Shown here: positions 16,532 to 30,833 of the stretch, one piece after another
How positions within the stretch are numbered: the stretch's first letter is position 1
How the letters are laid out: each line of letters opens with the position of its first letter
NCBI RefSeq assembly: GCF_009914755.1
Contig: NC_060936.1
Source of the DNA: the human T2T-CHM13v2.0 reference genome, Homo sapiens
Reading direction: 5' to 3' (one strand)
Length of the DNA stretch: 64,000 bases
Made by a program: the position numbers and the translations under genes
Notes under the pieces: model-generated
The model's database searches: none
The model's input: the letters and a program-made list of their open reading frames with translations, nothing else
What the model was told of the DNA's origin: nothing

Positions 16532-17207
16532 TAACCTCCATCTTAACTACCCAAGAAAGAAGAAAAACAAACAGCATAGCTTTGGTGTAAGCAAAATGTC
16601 AATTCTACAGCTACATGGTCAATAAGTATACACATAATTAATATTTCTACAATGTTGAATATGATTATTTAGGAAAACAAGTCTCAGAGTTAGAAATACC
16701 CACTTCTCCTTTGATCTGGCAGCTTATATTCTTCTCACAGACAAAAATCAAAAGCCCTTGATAATTTTGCCTGCTGATTGGGAGGCAATGCTGATAGACA
16801 AAGAAGTAGAACACTATGAAAAGAAGGCCTCCTGATACAGTTGCTAGTCTTTTCTGACAACGTGGCATATGGTTCCAAATCTTCAAACAGCTATCATATT
16901 GCTACACTGATTTAACAAGGTGATCTGTATTCTCCCAAATTAAATACATGTAGAGCACTAGGATACCTTCTTCTGAGAAAAGGGGTATTTATTTTCTTTC
17001 TTTGATACTAGATTTATAGCATAACAGTTAAGCCTGCAAGTACCAACTGAGTTTCTACTAAGTGTAACACATTGTCTAGTAGGTGGGTGATGGTAGCAAA
17101 GAGAAGATACATGATAAATCAGACATGAATCCTGCCCTCAAGTTATATATAATAAGTGAAAAGAAAATCCTGGGAGCAGAATCGACCCAATTTTCCTTTC
17201 TCTTCTG

Positions 17208-17783
17208 ATGTCAGGTGGGCTCTGAACACAATCCTCATAATCCCCATTTCCTAGTTTCCATGCACCATTGTGATCCCTCCCCTTGAGTATGGGCAGGACC
17301 TGTGGCTTGTTTCTAGTCAAAAGAATAAGCAAAGGTGACACGACAGATGGGATACATGTACATGACTATGTGATTATGTTACACAAACTTGTCATACCCA
17401 TTTTGTTGGAGTCTCTGTCTTTTACCGGCTTTAAGGAAGCAAGTGGCCATATGGCCAGGAACTGCAGGACGATTCTAGTTGCTGAAGCTGGCTCTGGACT
17501 GATAGCCAGCAAGAAATTGAAACCCTCAGTCCTACAACCACAGGAATTAAATTCTGCCAACAGCTGAAGTGAGCTTGAAAACATCTCCTTCCCTAATTGA
17601 GCCCCAGTTGAGAACTAAGTACTGGCAAATATGTTGATTGAAGCTTTGTGAGACCTTGAGCAGAGGATTCAAGTCAGCTGTGCCCTGACTCCTGGCCCCA
17701 AAAACTATGAGACAACAAGTACACATTGCTTTAAGCCACTAAGTTTATGATAATATTGTTATACAACAATAGATGACTAACAC
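17208..17783 (+). mobile_element. MLT1E/F-like MaLR LTR
   Basis: ccctcccccttgagtatgggcaggacctgtg...gccactaagttt...gactaaca. Confidence 0.75.
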
Positions 17784-18336
17784 ATCTTTCTTCTTATATT
17801 ATTCAAGTTGCTAACATATCATAAGAGGTAAACTCAAGTATTCTGAACATCCAGTCACCACTGGTGACATGAAATCCCCAGCCCACATGCTAGAGAAAAC
17901 CAGAGTTGGTCACACAGCCAGACCCTTTTGTAAGATTCAAGCGGCAATTTGCCACCAATATTGCCAAAATAGCCAGTATGGCTGCCCAATTAACAGATCA
18001 AAAACTAAAGATCAGCTGCTAATTCCTGCCTTGTACATTCTCAGAGAGTAAGGACCTTCCATTTCCCGACTAAATGCTCAGAATGAGCCATCAGGCCTGT
18101 TAGGTAAAAATGAGAAATTTGAAGGATCAAGCGGCCCCGCAGACGCTGGTAGAGAGGGCAAGCTTAAGGTGTAGAAGAAAACTGTCATTCCCACTTAATC
18201 CAAAAAAGTAAAAATATATGCCTCCTATTTTCTTTCAGATATAATAACCACCTTTTCTTAAACAATAGCTTATTTGGGGGTCTGCATTCATTACAAACAA
18301 ACCAGAGTAGGCTTATATATCATCTGAAGGTTCTTT

Positions 18337-18774
18337 TTTAAAAAATTTCTTTTGAGACAGGGTCTTGCTCTGTCACCTAGACTGGAGTGCAGTGGCACAA
18401 TCATAACTCACTGCAGCCTCGACCTACTGGGCTCAAGGAATTCTTCTGCCTCAGCCCCTGAGTATCTAGGACTACAGGTGACTGTGACCACAGCCAGGTA
18501 CTTTTCTATTTTTTGTAGAGATGGGATCTCACTGTGTTTCCCAGGCTGGTCTCAAACTCCTGGGCTCAAGCAATCCTCCCACCTCAGCCTCCCAAAGTGC
18601 TGGGATTACAGGTGTGAGCCACCATGCCCAGCTAATTTTTATTTTTTCTTTTTTGTAGAGACAGGGGTCTCACTATGTTGACCAGAATAGTCTTGAACTC
18701 CTGGAGGATAGTAATCCTCCTGCCCCAGCCTTCGAAAGTGCTGGGATTACAAGTGTGAGCCACTGTGCCCGGCC
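18337..18774 (-). mobile_element. AluJ-like element with an extra left arm (three monomers)
   Basis: Right arm plus two left arms in register, flanked by tgaaggttcttt at 18325-18336 and 18778-18789. Confidence 0.8.
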
Positions 18775-21700
18775 ACATGAAGGTTCTTTCCATCGTTCTT
18801 CCAGAAGTCTCATCATCACAGGCTCATTGTAGTATAAATATTTTCACATAAGGAATGAAAGTGATGTGTTAGCATGATCTTATCAGGATCAAGGTAACTA
18901 AAAACAAATGACAAGGTTTCTCTTTTTATTATTCAACACTGAGAAGCAGAAAAGTGTTCAACTGTTACTGTATTTATTTAATGCTCACCTTTTAAAGAGT
19001 AAATTCAGTTAGTTACGTGTTATAAAATGTGAGATAAGACATAATCCTAGAGTAATGAAATTTTCTCCTTTGTAAAAAGAGATTCACTATAATTTTTCAT
19101 GTAAAGGGAACATGAAACCAATAACCTAGTTCCAAATGGACAGCTAATAAAATTAAGTTTGCACATTTAAGAGAAAGTTATTTTAATTTCCTTTAATTGT
19201 ATACAATGTTAAAAAGGCTTTTTGCAAATCATTAACAGTTAAGACGTACTTTCATTGACAATTTAGGTAGACAAAATATTCAATGTTGTCTGACAAAATC
19301 ATTCCTATAACATTAGTAAATGCATAAGCACATTTCCAAAAATTGCAAGAAATAAAAGCCAAATAATTGGAAAGAATACACATTTACTCTAAGTAAAGCT
19401 TGATTATACGCCCAGAGATGAGCATGCAAAGTATAGCCTAATCTATACTCCCACAATGCCTCAAGGTATCTCTGAGTGCCCTGTTTGTGAACATCTGGGT
19501 CAGTTCTATGGCTGACACAACAATGTCCTAAATAGGGCATGACAATAAATGAAATGTACAATAATGTAAAGCAGTATAACCTCTAGATACAATAAGGCAC
19601 TAAATGTAACAACGTTAAAAATCAGCAATATAGAAGCTAATAATAAAACAAAACAAAAACATTTATGGGGGTTTCAGGGGGAAAAAAACTAGGCAGAGTA
19701 AATGAAAGATAATCTGTAGGTTACCTCTATTCGCTCCTATCAGGGGCAAGATTCACATCCTGGTCTCTCCCCTGCTAATACCTGATGAATCAAACTGATG
19801 AACATACAGCCAATCAACGAAGCCAAAAAAAATGATACTTAAAATAAATACCTGAAAAGATGGATCCCACATTACATCTTACTTAACGCTTCCAACTTGC
19901 TATGAGAAAGATACTAAGATACGCAAAGTTGAAAGTGATTCAAATTCCACACTAACAATTTAAATGCCTTGTAAGAGAAAGAATATTCACACATAATAAT
20001 ACAAAGCAAAGCATGAGATGAGTCATGAGAAGATACAAGTAAAGTGGGACCAGAGCTTAGAGGGTGAAAGACGACTTCTAGCTAAGATAAGGAAGGGCAT
20101 CACAGAGGAAGGGGCATTTAAGTTAGATTTTAAAAGATAGAATTTGAAAATACAGACTATAGTAGCCTTCATTTCAATCAAAAGCAGCAGCATATGCCTT
20201 CATAACTGCAATGAAATATTATGTACGTAATTATTGAATGTCTCTCTTCCTCAATAGATGTCAAGTTCTGAGAGGGCTGAGACTATACTTTTTCAATGGT
20301 CTCCTTAGTACCTAGCAGAATATCTGGTATGTCACAGATGTTCAACAAATATTTATTAAAGGAATAAATAAACAGAGGCAGGAATATAGAGGACAAATCG
20401 CTCAATTTGCCTAGTAAATATAGAAGACAGGGACATGAAGAACAAAAGATCACTTAAGGTGAAATGACAGAAGACCTTGAAAAGTCAAACTGAAGAATGT
20501 TTATTTGGTTGGAAATAAGGAGTCACTGAAGATCTTTATGGAATGTAGTGACATAACTAGATCTGTGCTTTCAAAAGTATATCTAAAAGTAATGTACATG
20601 GCAGACTACAAAAAAGATAAAATGAAGAAGTCAAGAGATCATTATAGGAGTCTAGATCAAAGATAACAAGGACCTGAAGTAGAATAAAGGCAGTGGGAAT
20701 AGAAAGTTAAAAAAAAAATAACGACAGGGATATTAAACAGATAAAATCAATAGAACAATCAGTTAGTTATCCATTCCACAAACATCTTTTGAGCAACTAC
20801 TACATATCTACCAGACACTGCCAGGAGCTGGAGACAGGAAAAATAAAATAAGCTGTAGTCCTTCACCTCAGAGTTGAGAGTCAATCTGTCATCTCAATAA
20901 GAAAAACTGATCGAAAACTGATCTCCTAGCTAAGATAAGGAAAGGCATCATAGAGGAAGGAGCATTTAAGTTGAATTTTAAAAGACAGTTTGAAAATGTA
21001 GAATATGGTAGACTTTATTTCAGCCCTTTCAGAATAACACAATAAATGAAGAAAGGGAGAAGTCAACGCCTCTCTTAAATTTTGAGAACAGAAACTAAGA
21101 GGATGGCATCACCATGCAGAGAATGGAAGAACAAAACAGAAGAAGGTGGACAGGGAGGACGGTATGGACAGATTCTGACACACTGTCTTTGTGTGGAATA
21201 CGCAAGTGAAAATGTTCCTGAATTAGTTGCAAATTCAGAACTGGAGGACAGAGCACAGATTAGGGCTTATGATTTGAAAGGCATCTAGCATAAATATGAG
21301 AGCTGAAATTGAGAGCAGACAAGGTAAGAAAGGGTGAAACATGTAGAACCTTGGAGATGATCCATATTTAACGAGATGAGAGAAGGCAAAGGGAAGAATT
21401 AAGAGAAAATTATCAGAAAATCAAACCAAGCCAAACCAGGAAAGAGGAGAGCAATCAGAGGCAAAAGGATCATCAGGACAACAATAAGTGTTTCCAGAAG
21501 CATGGACCATCAACAGCATTATTTGCAACAGAGAAATCACGGAAAATTAGGACTGACAAAAAGGCCACTGGATTTGGGAATAAAAGAAATGTATTAGTGA
21601 TATTTGAGAGAGCAGCAGAGTGATAAGGGAAAACTCAGTTTGCAAGGAGTTAAGGTATCAGTGAATGGTGAGGCAGTGGAGATAGCTGGAACAAACTGCT

Positions 21701-22656
21701 CTCTTGAAGTCTGAAAATGAAGGAAAAGAAAATGATGGAACAATAGCTTGAGGGACAACAGAAGGAAGAAAAAAATTTAGGCTAAGGAAAGATTATATGA
21801 GTATGTCTTTTGTTGGAGAAAAAGTGGACAAAAAAAGCAACATTTTTTTTAGAACAGGAAAGAGCAGAGATAGAAGATCCAGTAAAGGCATAAATCAAAG
21901 ATGCATAAAATACTTGATGTATTCATTCAATAAGTATTTACTGAATGCCCACCATAAACTCAAAACTGGAGAATATACACCGGAGAACAAGCTAGGTAGG
22001 ATCCCAAGCTCATGGAGCTTGTATGTCTAAGCTTCCAGAGGAAAAGGAAGAATACAGTGGACAGGGTAGAATGCCTTTATTCTACCCTGTTGTTGAAGAA
22101 CAGCCACAGAGTTTGGATGGAATTAATTCCACTGCTACCAATGGTCTCAGAAATCAGCATCATCTTATCTGTGTTATCAGGGTATTTGATTCACGAATGA
22201 CCACACAACCTAAGTTGGTCCTATCAGAATGAAACCTGGGACTTTGATTTAATGGAAAAGAGGACAATCCTGATCGACAAAATGTGCTGAGGTGAGGTCG
22301 GGAACTGTTGCATACATTTTGCTACCTGAAAGAAGCCCACTTGTGCTGAAGGCAACATAGAGGAGGATTGAGCTGAGAGAATTATGGCTGTAAAAAATGA
22401 AACTCTGATCAAACCACATCTGAAACCCATCCTTTCTTTGGACTTTTCAGTTACATGATCCAAAACATCTCTTTCTTTGTTTAAGGCCATTTAAGCCGAG
22501 CTTTTTGATAATTTCAAGTAAAACCATCCTAATTACAAATTAGATGTCACTGTAGGCACAAGTAAAACGGTTATAAAACTGCAGCACAAAATAAGACCTG
22601 CCCAGTGCAGATACCAGAGACTGTGTCCTTTCTCCACTCTTCTGGCTTTAGCTGTC

Positions 22657-23014
22657 TGTATTAGTCAGTTCTCACGCTGCTAATAAAGATATACACAACA
22701 CTGGGTAATTTATAAAGGAAAGAGGTTTAACTGACTCTCAGTTCCACATGGCTGGGGAGGACTCACAATCATGGCAGAAGGCAAAGGAGGAGCAAAGTCA
22801 TGTCCTGCATGGCAGCAGGCAAGAGAAAACTTGTGTAAGAGAACTCCCCTTTATAAAACCAGATCTCGTGAGACTTACTCACTATCATGAGAACAGTATG
22901 GGAAAGACCCACCCCCATGATTCAATTACCCCCCACCAGGTCCCTGCCACAACATGCGGGGATTATGGAAGCTACAGTTCAAGATTTGGGTGGGGACACA
23001 GCTGAAACATATCA
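22657..23014 (-). mobile_element. THE1B/C solo LTR
   Basis: tgtattagtcagttctcacgctgctaataaag...aaacatatca; TSD ctgtc/ctgtt. Confidence 0.9.
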
Positions 23015-23054
23015 CTGTTCATGGTTCTAAGCTTTGAAACTACAACTCATTCTC

Positions 23055-23271
23055 TTTTTTTTAAATTATACTTTAAGTTCTGGGATACATGTGCAGAACA
23101 TGCAGGTTACATAGGTATACATATGCCATGGTGGTTTGCTGCACCCATCAACCCATCATCTACATTAGGTATTTCTCCTAATGCTATCCCTCCCCTAGCC
23201 CCCACCCCGTGACAGGCCCCAGTGTGTGATGTTCCCCTCCCTGTGCCCATATGTTCTCATTGTTCAACTCC
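23055..23271 (-). mobile_element. L1PA7-like 3' end fragment
   Basis: ttatactttaagttctgggatacatgtgcagaac...ctatccctcccctagccccc. Confidence 0.85.
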
Positions 23272-24234
23272 TGCTCCTTCTCCTATAAATCCTTTCCCCA
23301 CTCCTCCACCCAAGGTTATTTTCTCTTCATCAGCCCCTAAACTTCAAGAGATCTTAGCAGCCTGGGAGCATAAGGGCACTCTTCCTCTCAGCAGCATCCA
23401 AATTTACCCCATCTTCATGCTCCAGAATCAAGTGAGAGGGGCCTATGACTTGAGCAACAGTCACCAATAAGGGAATTCTTGGGCCTAGGCCCAGCGAATA
23501 TCCTTTCTGCAAGTTTGCCCCTGTGGCTGTATCAACCCTGAGTTTCCATCTTTTCGTATCAATCTGGCTGACTTCTCTTCCTTTGAAACTAGACTCACAG
23601 TGCATCTCCTCCTGGAAGGCCTCCTTCCCAGTGGCCCTTGGCCGTCAGATGCTGCTCCTCAGGGTTCCCATGAAAATCAATACTCACCTCCTCCTAGCCA
23701 CACAGACATGGAAGGACAGAGCTAGATACAATGTGATGTTGTTCTTACTGGGACAAGGATTACACTTTATTTTATTTGTGTATAACCTACATGTGTGGGG
23801 GAAATGAATGTCACTTGTAATGTGGAGGAATGGGTGCTGGACTCGCAGGCAAAACACAAGACTTCCAGGCATGAGGGGATTTCTTACAAGTTGCAGGACC
23901 TCTCCAAGATTCTTAATCTATAAGGACTTTATCACTGGGTTGTTGTGAGATTAAGAAGCATACTGAATCTGAAAAGTATTGTAGTCCTTTGAGAATGATA
24001 CCTAGAAATATTTTTGTTGGATATTATGAATGTTCAGAGGAGGCAAGAGATGCCTTCTTGCTAGGGATTGCTAGGGAAAAACTGGAGACATAGATAAGTG
24101 AAAAACTCAAGAAGAAGCTGGCCTTTAAGCTGACTTTGGAGAATGTGTAAGATTTAGACATGCTGAAATGGGGATGGGGAGAGGTAGCCAGGTGAAGGAA
24201 GCCAAAAGCTGAGAAGCCAGCATCAACTTAGCAG

Positions 24235-24725
24235 CTAATTTTACTAAGCAAATATGTGCCAACCACTCTTCTAAGTGCCAGGGTTACAACAGTGAAAAAT
24301 TCAGAGGAGGCCCCTACCCTAAGAGGGTTTACATTCCAGTTGGGAAAGACAGACAATAAACAAAGACAAAGATATGAAATGATTTCTGTTAGAGGTAAGT
24401 GATGTGAAGGTGATGTGCTATGGGGACTGGAGGGGAAACATTCCAGGTAAGGTAGTAAAGGCCATTCTGAGGTGATGACATTTAACCTGGGAAGAAAGTG
24501 ATAAAATAGAGTGGAGCTGAGGAAGAATATGCCAAAGGAAATACCAGGTGCAAAGGCCCTGAAGTAGGAACAAGCTTGGCGTGTTTGTAAAACCAGAAAA
24601 AAAAAAAAAAGCCAATGTGGCTACAGCAAAGTGGACAAAAACAAAAGTAGTATGAGATTAAGGCTGAGGTTATATCTAAGTAACAGCACGGTGTCAGTTT
24701 AGATTGAAGTTTGTAGTAGTAGATG
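24235..24725 (-). mobile_element. L2 LINE fragment (others at ~20200-21760, 32230-33180, 37080-37610)
   Basis: Typical L2 3' motifs (tatgtgcca...ctaagtgc...acagtg; aaaggccctgaagtagga...cttgg). Boundaries are approximate. Confidence 0.65.
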
Positions 24726-25519
24726 ATCCTTGAAAACAAATTTGGGCTAGAATTAGAAAATCTCAGACACCAAATTAAGGTGGATATATTTCATTCTTCA
24801 AAAGCAATTGTCTCACAATATAATGAGCCAGGTCTGCGAGGCAAGTCCTCAGGGATGCCCACAGATATTTCTCATAAATTAGGTGACTCTTGTGGAGGTC
24901 ATGGGCACTTAATCCAGAACACCAAGGCAGCAAGGCAAAGCAGCTGCGAGACTGTTGGTGACGTGGAACACAGACTGAGCAGAAAGTTCTCTAGCTCAAT
25001 TTCCCCTGTTGCAGGAAGAAATGAAGCCCAGAGAAGAAAACAGGCCTGGGAGGAGAGAGAGTAGACATCATAACTGATGTTCACCAATACGTGGTTCTCC
25101 TCTAGTTCTGCCCAAACAAGAATGATAATGTGTCACTTTGGGACCAAAGCATTTAATTGCTGGTGTTTGGCTCCCCGAACCTGCCATGGCAATCACTTGT
25201 TACCATGGAGGTGTTATAGACAGGTACAGTGTAGAATGCAGAGCCAATATCTGGAGGGAGGCTGCCATGGAGAATCCCCCAGATCCACTCTGGTGGTGTT
25301 AACTCACTGAGAAATTGGAGGTTGTTTGTTATGGAAGGATAACCTAACCTGTAATGATTAATACAGGATATAGACAGAGTTTTTAAAAAGACCAGAAAGA
25401 GTAGACATTCTTGCTCTGAGTGGGGAAAGGAGGAGGAGAGAATATGAGATACTACTCAATGTCTCTGACAGCATGCATTTTTTGCCCCAATTCTCCATTC
25501 TTGGCTAGATCAGTGACCT

Positions 25520-25872
25520 TTATCAGATATGTAAGCCTTGCACAAAATACCATAGACTGGGTGGATTATTAAACAGAAATTTATTTTCTCACATTTCTGG
25601 AGGCTGGAAATCTGAGATCAGGGTGCCAGCATGGTAGAGTTCTGGCGTGCAGATAGCCACCTTCTCGCTGTGTCCTCACATGACAAAGAGAGAAAGAGAG
25701 CAAGCTCTCTGGTGTCTCTTCCTATAAAAGCTCTAAGCCCATCATGAGGGCCCTACCCTCATGACCTCATCTAAACCTAATTATATCTCAAAGGCCCCAT
25801 CCCCAAATACCATCACATTGGGGGTCAGGGCTTCAATATATGAAATTTTGGGCAATGGATATGATTCCATCT
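25520..25872 (-). mobile_element. MLT1A/B-like LTR
   Basis: ccatagactgggtgg...ctggaggctggaaatctgagatcagggtgccagcatgg...ttcaatatatgaaattttggg. Confidence 0.75.
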
Positions 25873-26834
25873 ATATCTGAGTGTTTTCTCCCACTCTTTG
25901 GTTTACACTTTGGCCATGTGATTTGCTTGGCTAACAGAATGAGCTGGAATTGACAGTATATGCCAGTTCCAAAGCCAAGCCTTAAAGAGCCCTTACATGT
26001 TAACAGTTTCCCCCTTGCACCTCTGCTATGGGCATGAGAAGAACATGGCATGGCTAGACCATTCCACAAAGGAGGACAGAAATACATGGAGTACTACCAC
26101 CACTGCAAACACATATTGCAACAATCTGCAACATGCAGAACCACGACCCACCAAGCCTGCAGCATAAATGACAAATGATTATGTTTTTAAGACAGCAAGT
26201 TTGTGGTGGTTTGTTAGGAAGCACTACTGGGGCAGTAGGTAATTGATCTATATAATGACTACAGGAAAATGGCCAAGGAGGACCTGTGGCTCTTTAGGAA
26301 GAGTCTTATGCTAACAAAGCTGCCTAGGAAAATTAAGTTGTACTGCTCCAAAGACTCTTCTCTTCAAATCCTGTTTTCTTATTTACCTTTTCCAGTTCCC
26401 TGAAATAGGTCCTAAATTCAACTCTGATACTGGTCAGCAAGGTTTGTGAAGAAGACAAAAGCACTGGGGAGGGGGATACAGAATCATAAAGTAATACAAA
26501 AAAAAAAAACAGAAAAGAAAATTTCAGGGGAGAAAAATCAAGTGCAATACAAAACACCAAAGGAAATGAGATCTGAGGTCTCTAAGTTTACTAAGAAGGC
26601 TAGTCATCATGAAGCCATTTTTGGACACCAGGGAGACAGAGGCATGGGAGTTCAGGAAAAAACAAGTGGCAAGAAAATTGAGACAGTGAGTTTAAATCAT
26701 TGAGTTTAGAAACGTAACAATGAAAAGAATAAAAAATAGAGCAACAACTAGTGGAGCAGGAAATAGAATTCATTTCCTAATACAGAAGACCTATATATAT
26801 AGGTTTCTATATCAGTGCTATATCAGTGCTATAT

Positions 26835-27433
26835 CAGTTTTCTGTTGCCACAAAACAAATTATTACAAACTTATTATCTCACGGTTTTGTAGGTCAGAAG
26901 TCTGAGTGAGCTTAGCTGGGGTCTCTGCTTCAAGTCTCACAAAGCCAGCATCAAGGTGTCAACCAAACTGGGCTCTTATCTGGAAGTTCTAGAGAATAAG
27001 ACCTCCGGGCATATTCAGGTGGTTGGCAGAATTCAGTTCCACACAGCAAATAGGACTGAAGTCCCCATTTCCTTGCTGGCTATTGGCTGGAGGTTGCTCA
27101 CAACTCCTAGATGCTGTTCTCCGGCCCTGCATGTGCTCATCTCCATCTTCAAAGTCAGCAATGGTGCACTGGACCTTTATCATATTTTGAATGTCCCTGA
27201 CTTCTTCTTCTAATAGCAGCTAGAAACAAATCTGTTCAAAGGCCCATGTGACTGTATTAGACCCAGATAACCTCCCTACCTTAAGGTCAACTGATTAGGA
27301 ACCTCAATTATATCTCAAAACCCCTTGTGCTGTGTAACCTAACATAATTATGGAAGTAACAGCCATCATATTTACAGTCCTAGAAATTATGGCAGAAATC
27401 TTAGAGGGCCATCTTAGGATTCTGCCTACCACA
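26835..27433 (-). mobile_element. MLT1H-like LTR
   Basis: Ends gggccatcttaggattctgcctaccaca. Confidence 0.7.
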
Positions 27434-28959
27434 TGTACACATTTAAAGTTGAAAAAGATCCAAAAGCGAAAAGACCTTGAAGAAGATTTTAAATAGAACC
27501 TTGTATTACACAAATTACCTATAAATAGGAAGGAAAGAAATCAAGGAAAAAGTATGCCATCCTGGCCATAGCAAAAAAAAAGAAGGATGCCTTTTATTGG
27601 AGATTTGAAGAAAGAATTAAAAAAAAAAAGAAAAAAAAAGGCAGAGGCAAAAGACACCTTTTATGCCAACTATTTACTTTGCCAAAATTAGTATCATTTT
27701 AATTTAGATACAAAGAAACATATTCTAGGCTCTTTGAAAAAGTTCCTCCAGATGGTTACATCTCCCTGGAGTGACAGCACCTAGCGTAGCCTTGCACATA
27801 TTGGGAATTCAATTAAACACTGCTGACCATCTGATTGAGAATTCAGAGGCTGGAGTAGCTGACTCAATATAAACATATGGCTTAGTTCCCATCAAAGGAA
27901 AAATCAAGTCACTCTATTCTCCTCCCCAACATCGCACCTCCTTTGCAATGTAGGAGAAAACAGATATGAACTAATAAAAATAGACGATGTAACAGAGATT
28001 AGGAAACAGGCAAACTGGAGAATACAAAATTTCTCTAATTTTACCATAAAATCAGAATGCTTCAGCTAAGGATCAGCACTGTAAATATGTCATTCTTAAT
28101 TCAATTGCATTCAATCAGATCAATACTTTCCGATCATGGCTTCAGGATATTTAAGATGGGGAAGACACAATCTGAGCCCAGCTGCTAAGTGTTGGGGGAT
28201 AGGAGAAGCACACAAATGACTATACTGTGAGGTTGAGCTATATTAATTGTGGAAAGCCAAATGAAGATAAGAAAACAAATTAAACCACTTTTAACCCTCT
28301 TAAGAGCCATATGAAATATTTATACATGAGAAAAAGCCTCAGGCAGATCAAAAATATTTTTCAAGATCATATACCAAGTATATTGTAGGGTACAGATTCA
28401 AATTCAAGACTGACTCCAAACTCAGTCTCTCCCAAAGAAGAGGCAAATCACCTCTGGTTGGCTAGTTGGATGGGAGTTTGGAGGCTGGTGGAGAGAAACC
28501 AGGAAGAGTTTCTTAGGGAAGCAGTTATTTCAGGTAAAACTTGGAAAGATATACACAGTTTTGAAAAGCTGAGATGGCAAAGAAGGAGAACATTTCCAGG
28601 AGGAACAGCAAAAAGCACAGAAGCAAGAAATCAGGATCAACATTTGGAGAATGGTGAGTAGATCAAGTAGCACAAACTCTTTACAAATAAAGATAGATTG
28701 GATGCACATTCTGGAAGTCAAATATTGGGGTTAATAAGTTACTGTAATAGTTCAGGGAAGAGCCTAAACTAGAATCTCAGACATGAAAAAGGAGAAAAGG
28801 AGAAGAGGGGACTAATGTGAGGAGTCAGATGGAAGATTACTCTCTTATGTTTACATTACAGTCAACAACAACAACAAAAAAGACAGCCAAGTCCAAAAAC
28901 TAAGCTTGGATTCAAAAGAAAAAAGTCATCCCTCTGCCACCCTCTTTTGCCCTCTAGTC

Positions 28960-29168
28960 TAGAGGTTAGTAAACTATGGCCCACAGGGCAAATTCAACCC
29001 ACCATCTGTCTCTGTAAATAAAATTCTACTGGAACACAGCCGTGTCCACTCATTTACGGATTGTTAATGGCTGCTTTCACCCTATAATAGCAAAGACTAT
29101 GTGGTCCACAAGACCTAAAATATTTACTTTCTAGTGCTTTACAGAAAAAAAAAATTGTCAACGCTTGC
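28960..29168 (+). mobile_element. MER58A-like hAT-Charlie MITE
   Basis: aaactatggcccacagggcaaatt...gtaaataaaattctactggaacacagcc...tttacagaaaaa. Confidence 0.8.
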
Positions 29169-29195
29169 TCTAGTTCCATACTCCACAAGCCACTC

Positions 29196-29350
29196 TTGTT
29201 TGTTTGTTTGTTTGTTTGTGACAGGGTCTCACTCTGTAACCCAGACTGGAGTGCAGTAGCACGATCACAGCTCACTGCAGGCTAAAGCAATTCTCTCACC
29301 TCAGCCTCCCAAATAGCTGGGATTACAGGTGCACGCCATCATGCTCAGTT

Positions 29351-29383
<33 letters not shown>

Positions 29384-29500
29384 CAGAGACGAGCTCTGTC
29401 TGTGTTGCCCAGGCTTGTCTCAAACTCCTGGGCTCAAACAATCACCTGCCTAGGCCTCCCAAAGTGCTGAGATTACAGGCGTAAGCCACTTCACCTGGCC
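29196..29500 (-). mobile_element. AluJ with (TTTG)n tail and expanded middle A-tract
   Basis: Alu dimer; ~29 T at 29353-29381. Confidence 0.9.
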
Positions 29501-30833
29501 TGTTCCAATTCTTTTAGTAGCTTGTTCTCATCTAAATATTAAGCTTATTTGGATATTTCCTGACTGATAAATTATCAAGACTATCATTTGAATTCCTATT
29601 ATAGTAACTGAGACTTTGGCTTGCTTGCACCATCAGCCTTCCCCGCATCCTCCCCACTCTCCTTCCCCACCACACATACTTTCCTTTCCCCGTATGAATA
29701 TATATTTATATTCGTAGTGTTTGCAACATTATTGTGACTACATAAATATTCTTCATTACTGAGCCAGATAATGTAATGTAATTATGTTTATGTTTCCATG
29801 CTTATAAAAATGTTATTTTCTGAAGTTAATAGTTATCATTTGTTTCATTTGCTTAGTTTTTCATTTACCTATCACTATTTTTTCTGAGTCCAACACATTT
29901 GTTCTGTTCATTTTTTTCCAAACATTCAAACACACCAAATACTTCATTTTTATTTGTTCCCCTCAAAACCACCCCCCCCAATAACCCTCCATCCTTTTTC
30001 TCTAATCTGAGTGGTTGCTCTCAAGGCCTAGTGAACAGTTGCTTTTCTGGAACTTCTCTCTGCCCTGCCATATTGAGTCTGTTCTCCTGAATCCTATGTC
30101 TTTCTCTTTATTGATTTTCTCCCTTGTTTTATGGAAGCTCATCCTCCAGAAGCTTTCTATGAAATCACACATAAGATATAAATTGTTTAATCCTTCCAGG
30201 ACTTAGAATTTCTTCATTCTGTCCTCATATCTAATTGATACTTTCAGCCGGATAGAGAAATCTAAACTGAAAAGGATTTCCCCCTCAGAATTTTGAAAGC
30301 ATTGCACCACTGTCCTCTACCAGCCAGTGTTGCCATAAGAGTTTGATGCCATTCTGATTTCCATCCATCTCTATGTGACTTGTGTTAATGCTTTGTTTCA
30401 TTTTATACTCCCTTCACAAAGCTTTTAGGACCTTATTTTAATCTATGATGTTCTTACATTTCAGAATGACATGGCTGGTATTCTTTTCTCATTTATTGTG
30501 CTAGATACTTGGGCAGCCTTTTCAGTCTAGAGACTTACATCCACCGGTACTAGGAAATTTTCTTGTAATATTTCTTTGATAGCTTCCTTCCTTTTTCTTG
30601 TCCTCTATTTGTATCAGGCAACCTGTAGCTATAATAAGGCTTCATAATAAACCATCCTAAAACTCAGAGACATAAAACAATAGCCATTCATAATTGTTCT
30701 AGAATCTACCAGTCAGTCAGGCAGTTCTGCTGATCTTGGTTGGATTTGGCTAGGGAGTTCTTTTTGGTGTTGACTAGACCTCACACAGGTATCTGGGGTA
30801 GGCTGGCTGTTAGCTGAATTTAAATGGTATTTG

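Noticed and set aside
19725-19851. Possible minus-strand cryptic exon (ttttcag| ... GAG|gtaacc)
   Set aside because: Short pyrimidine tract, U-rich body and a middling donor; not supportable from sequence alone.
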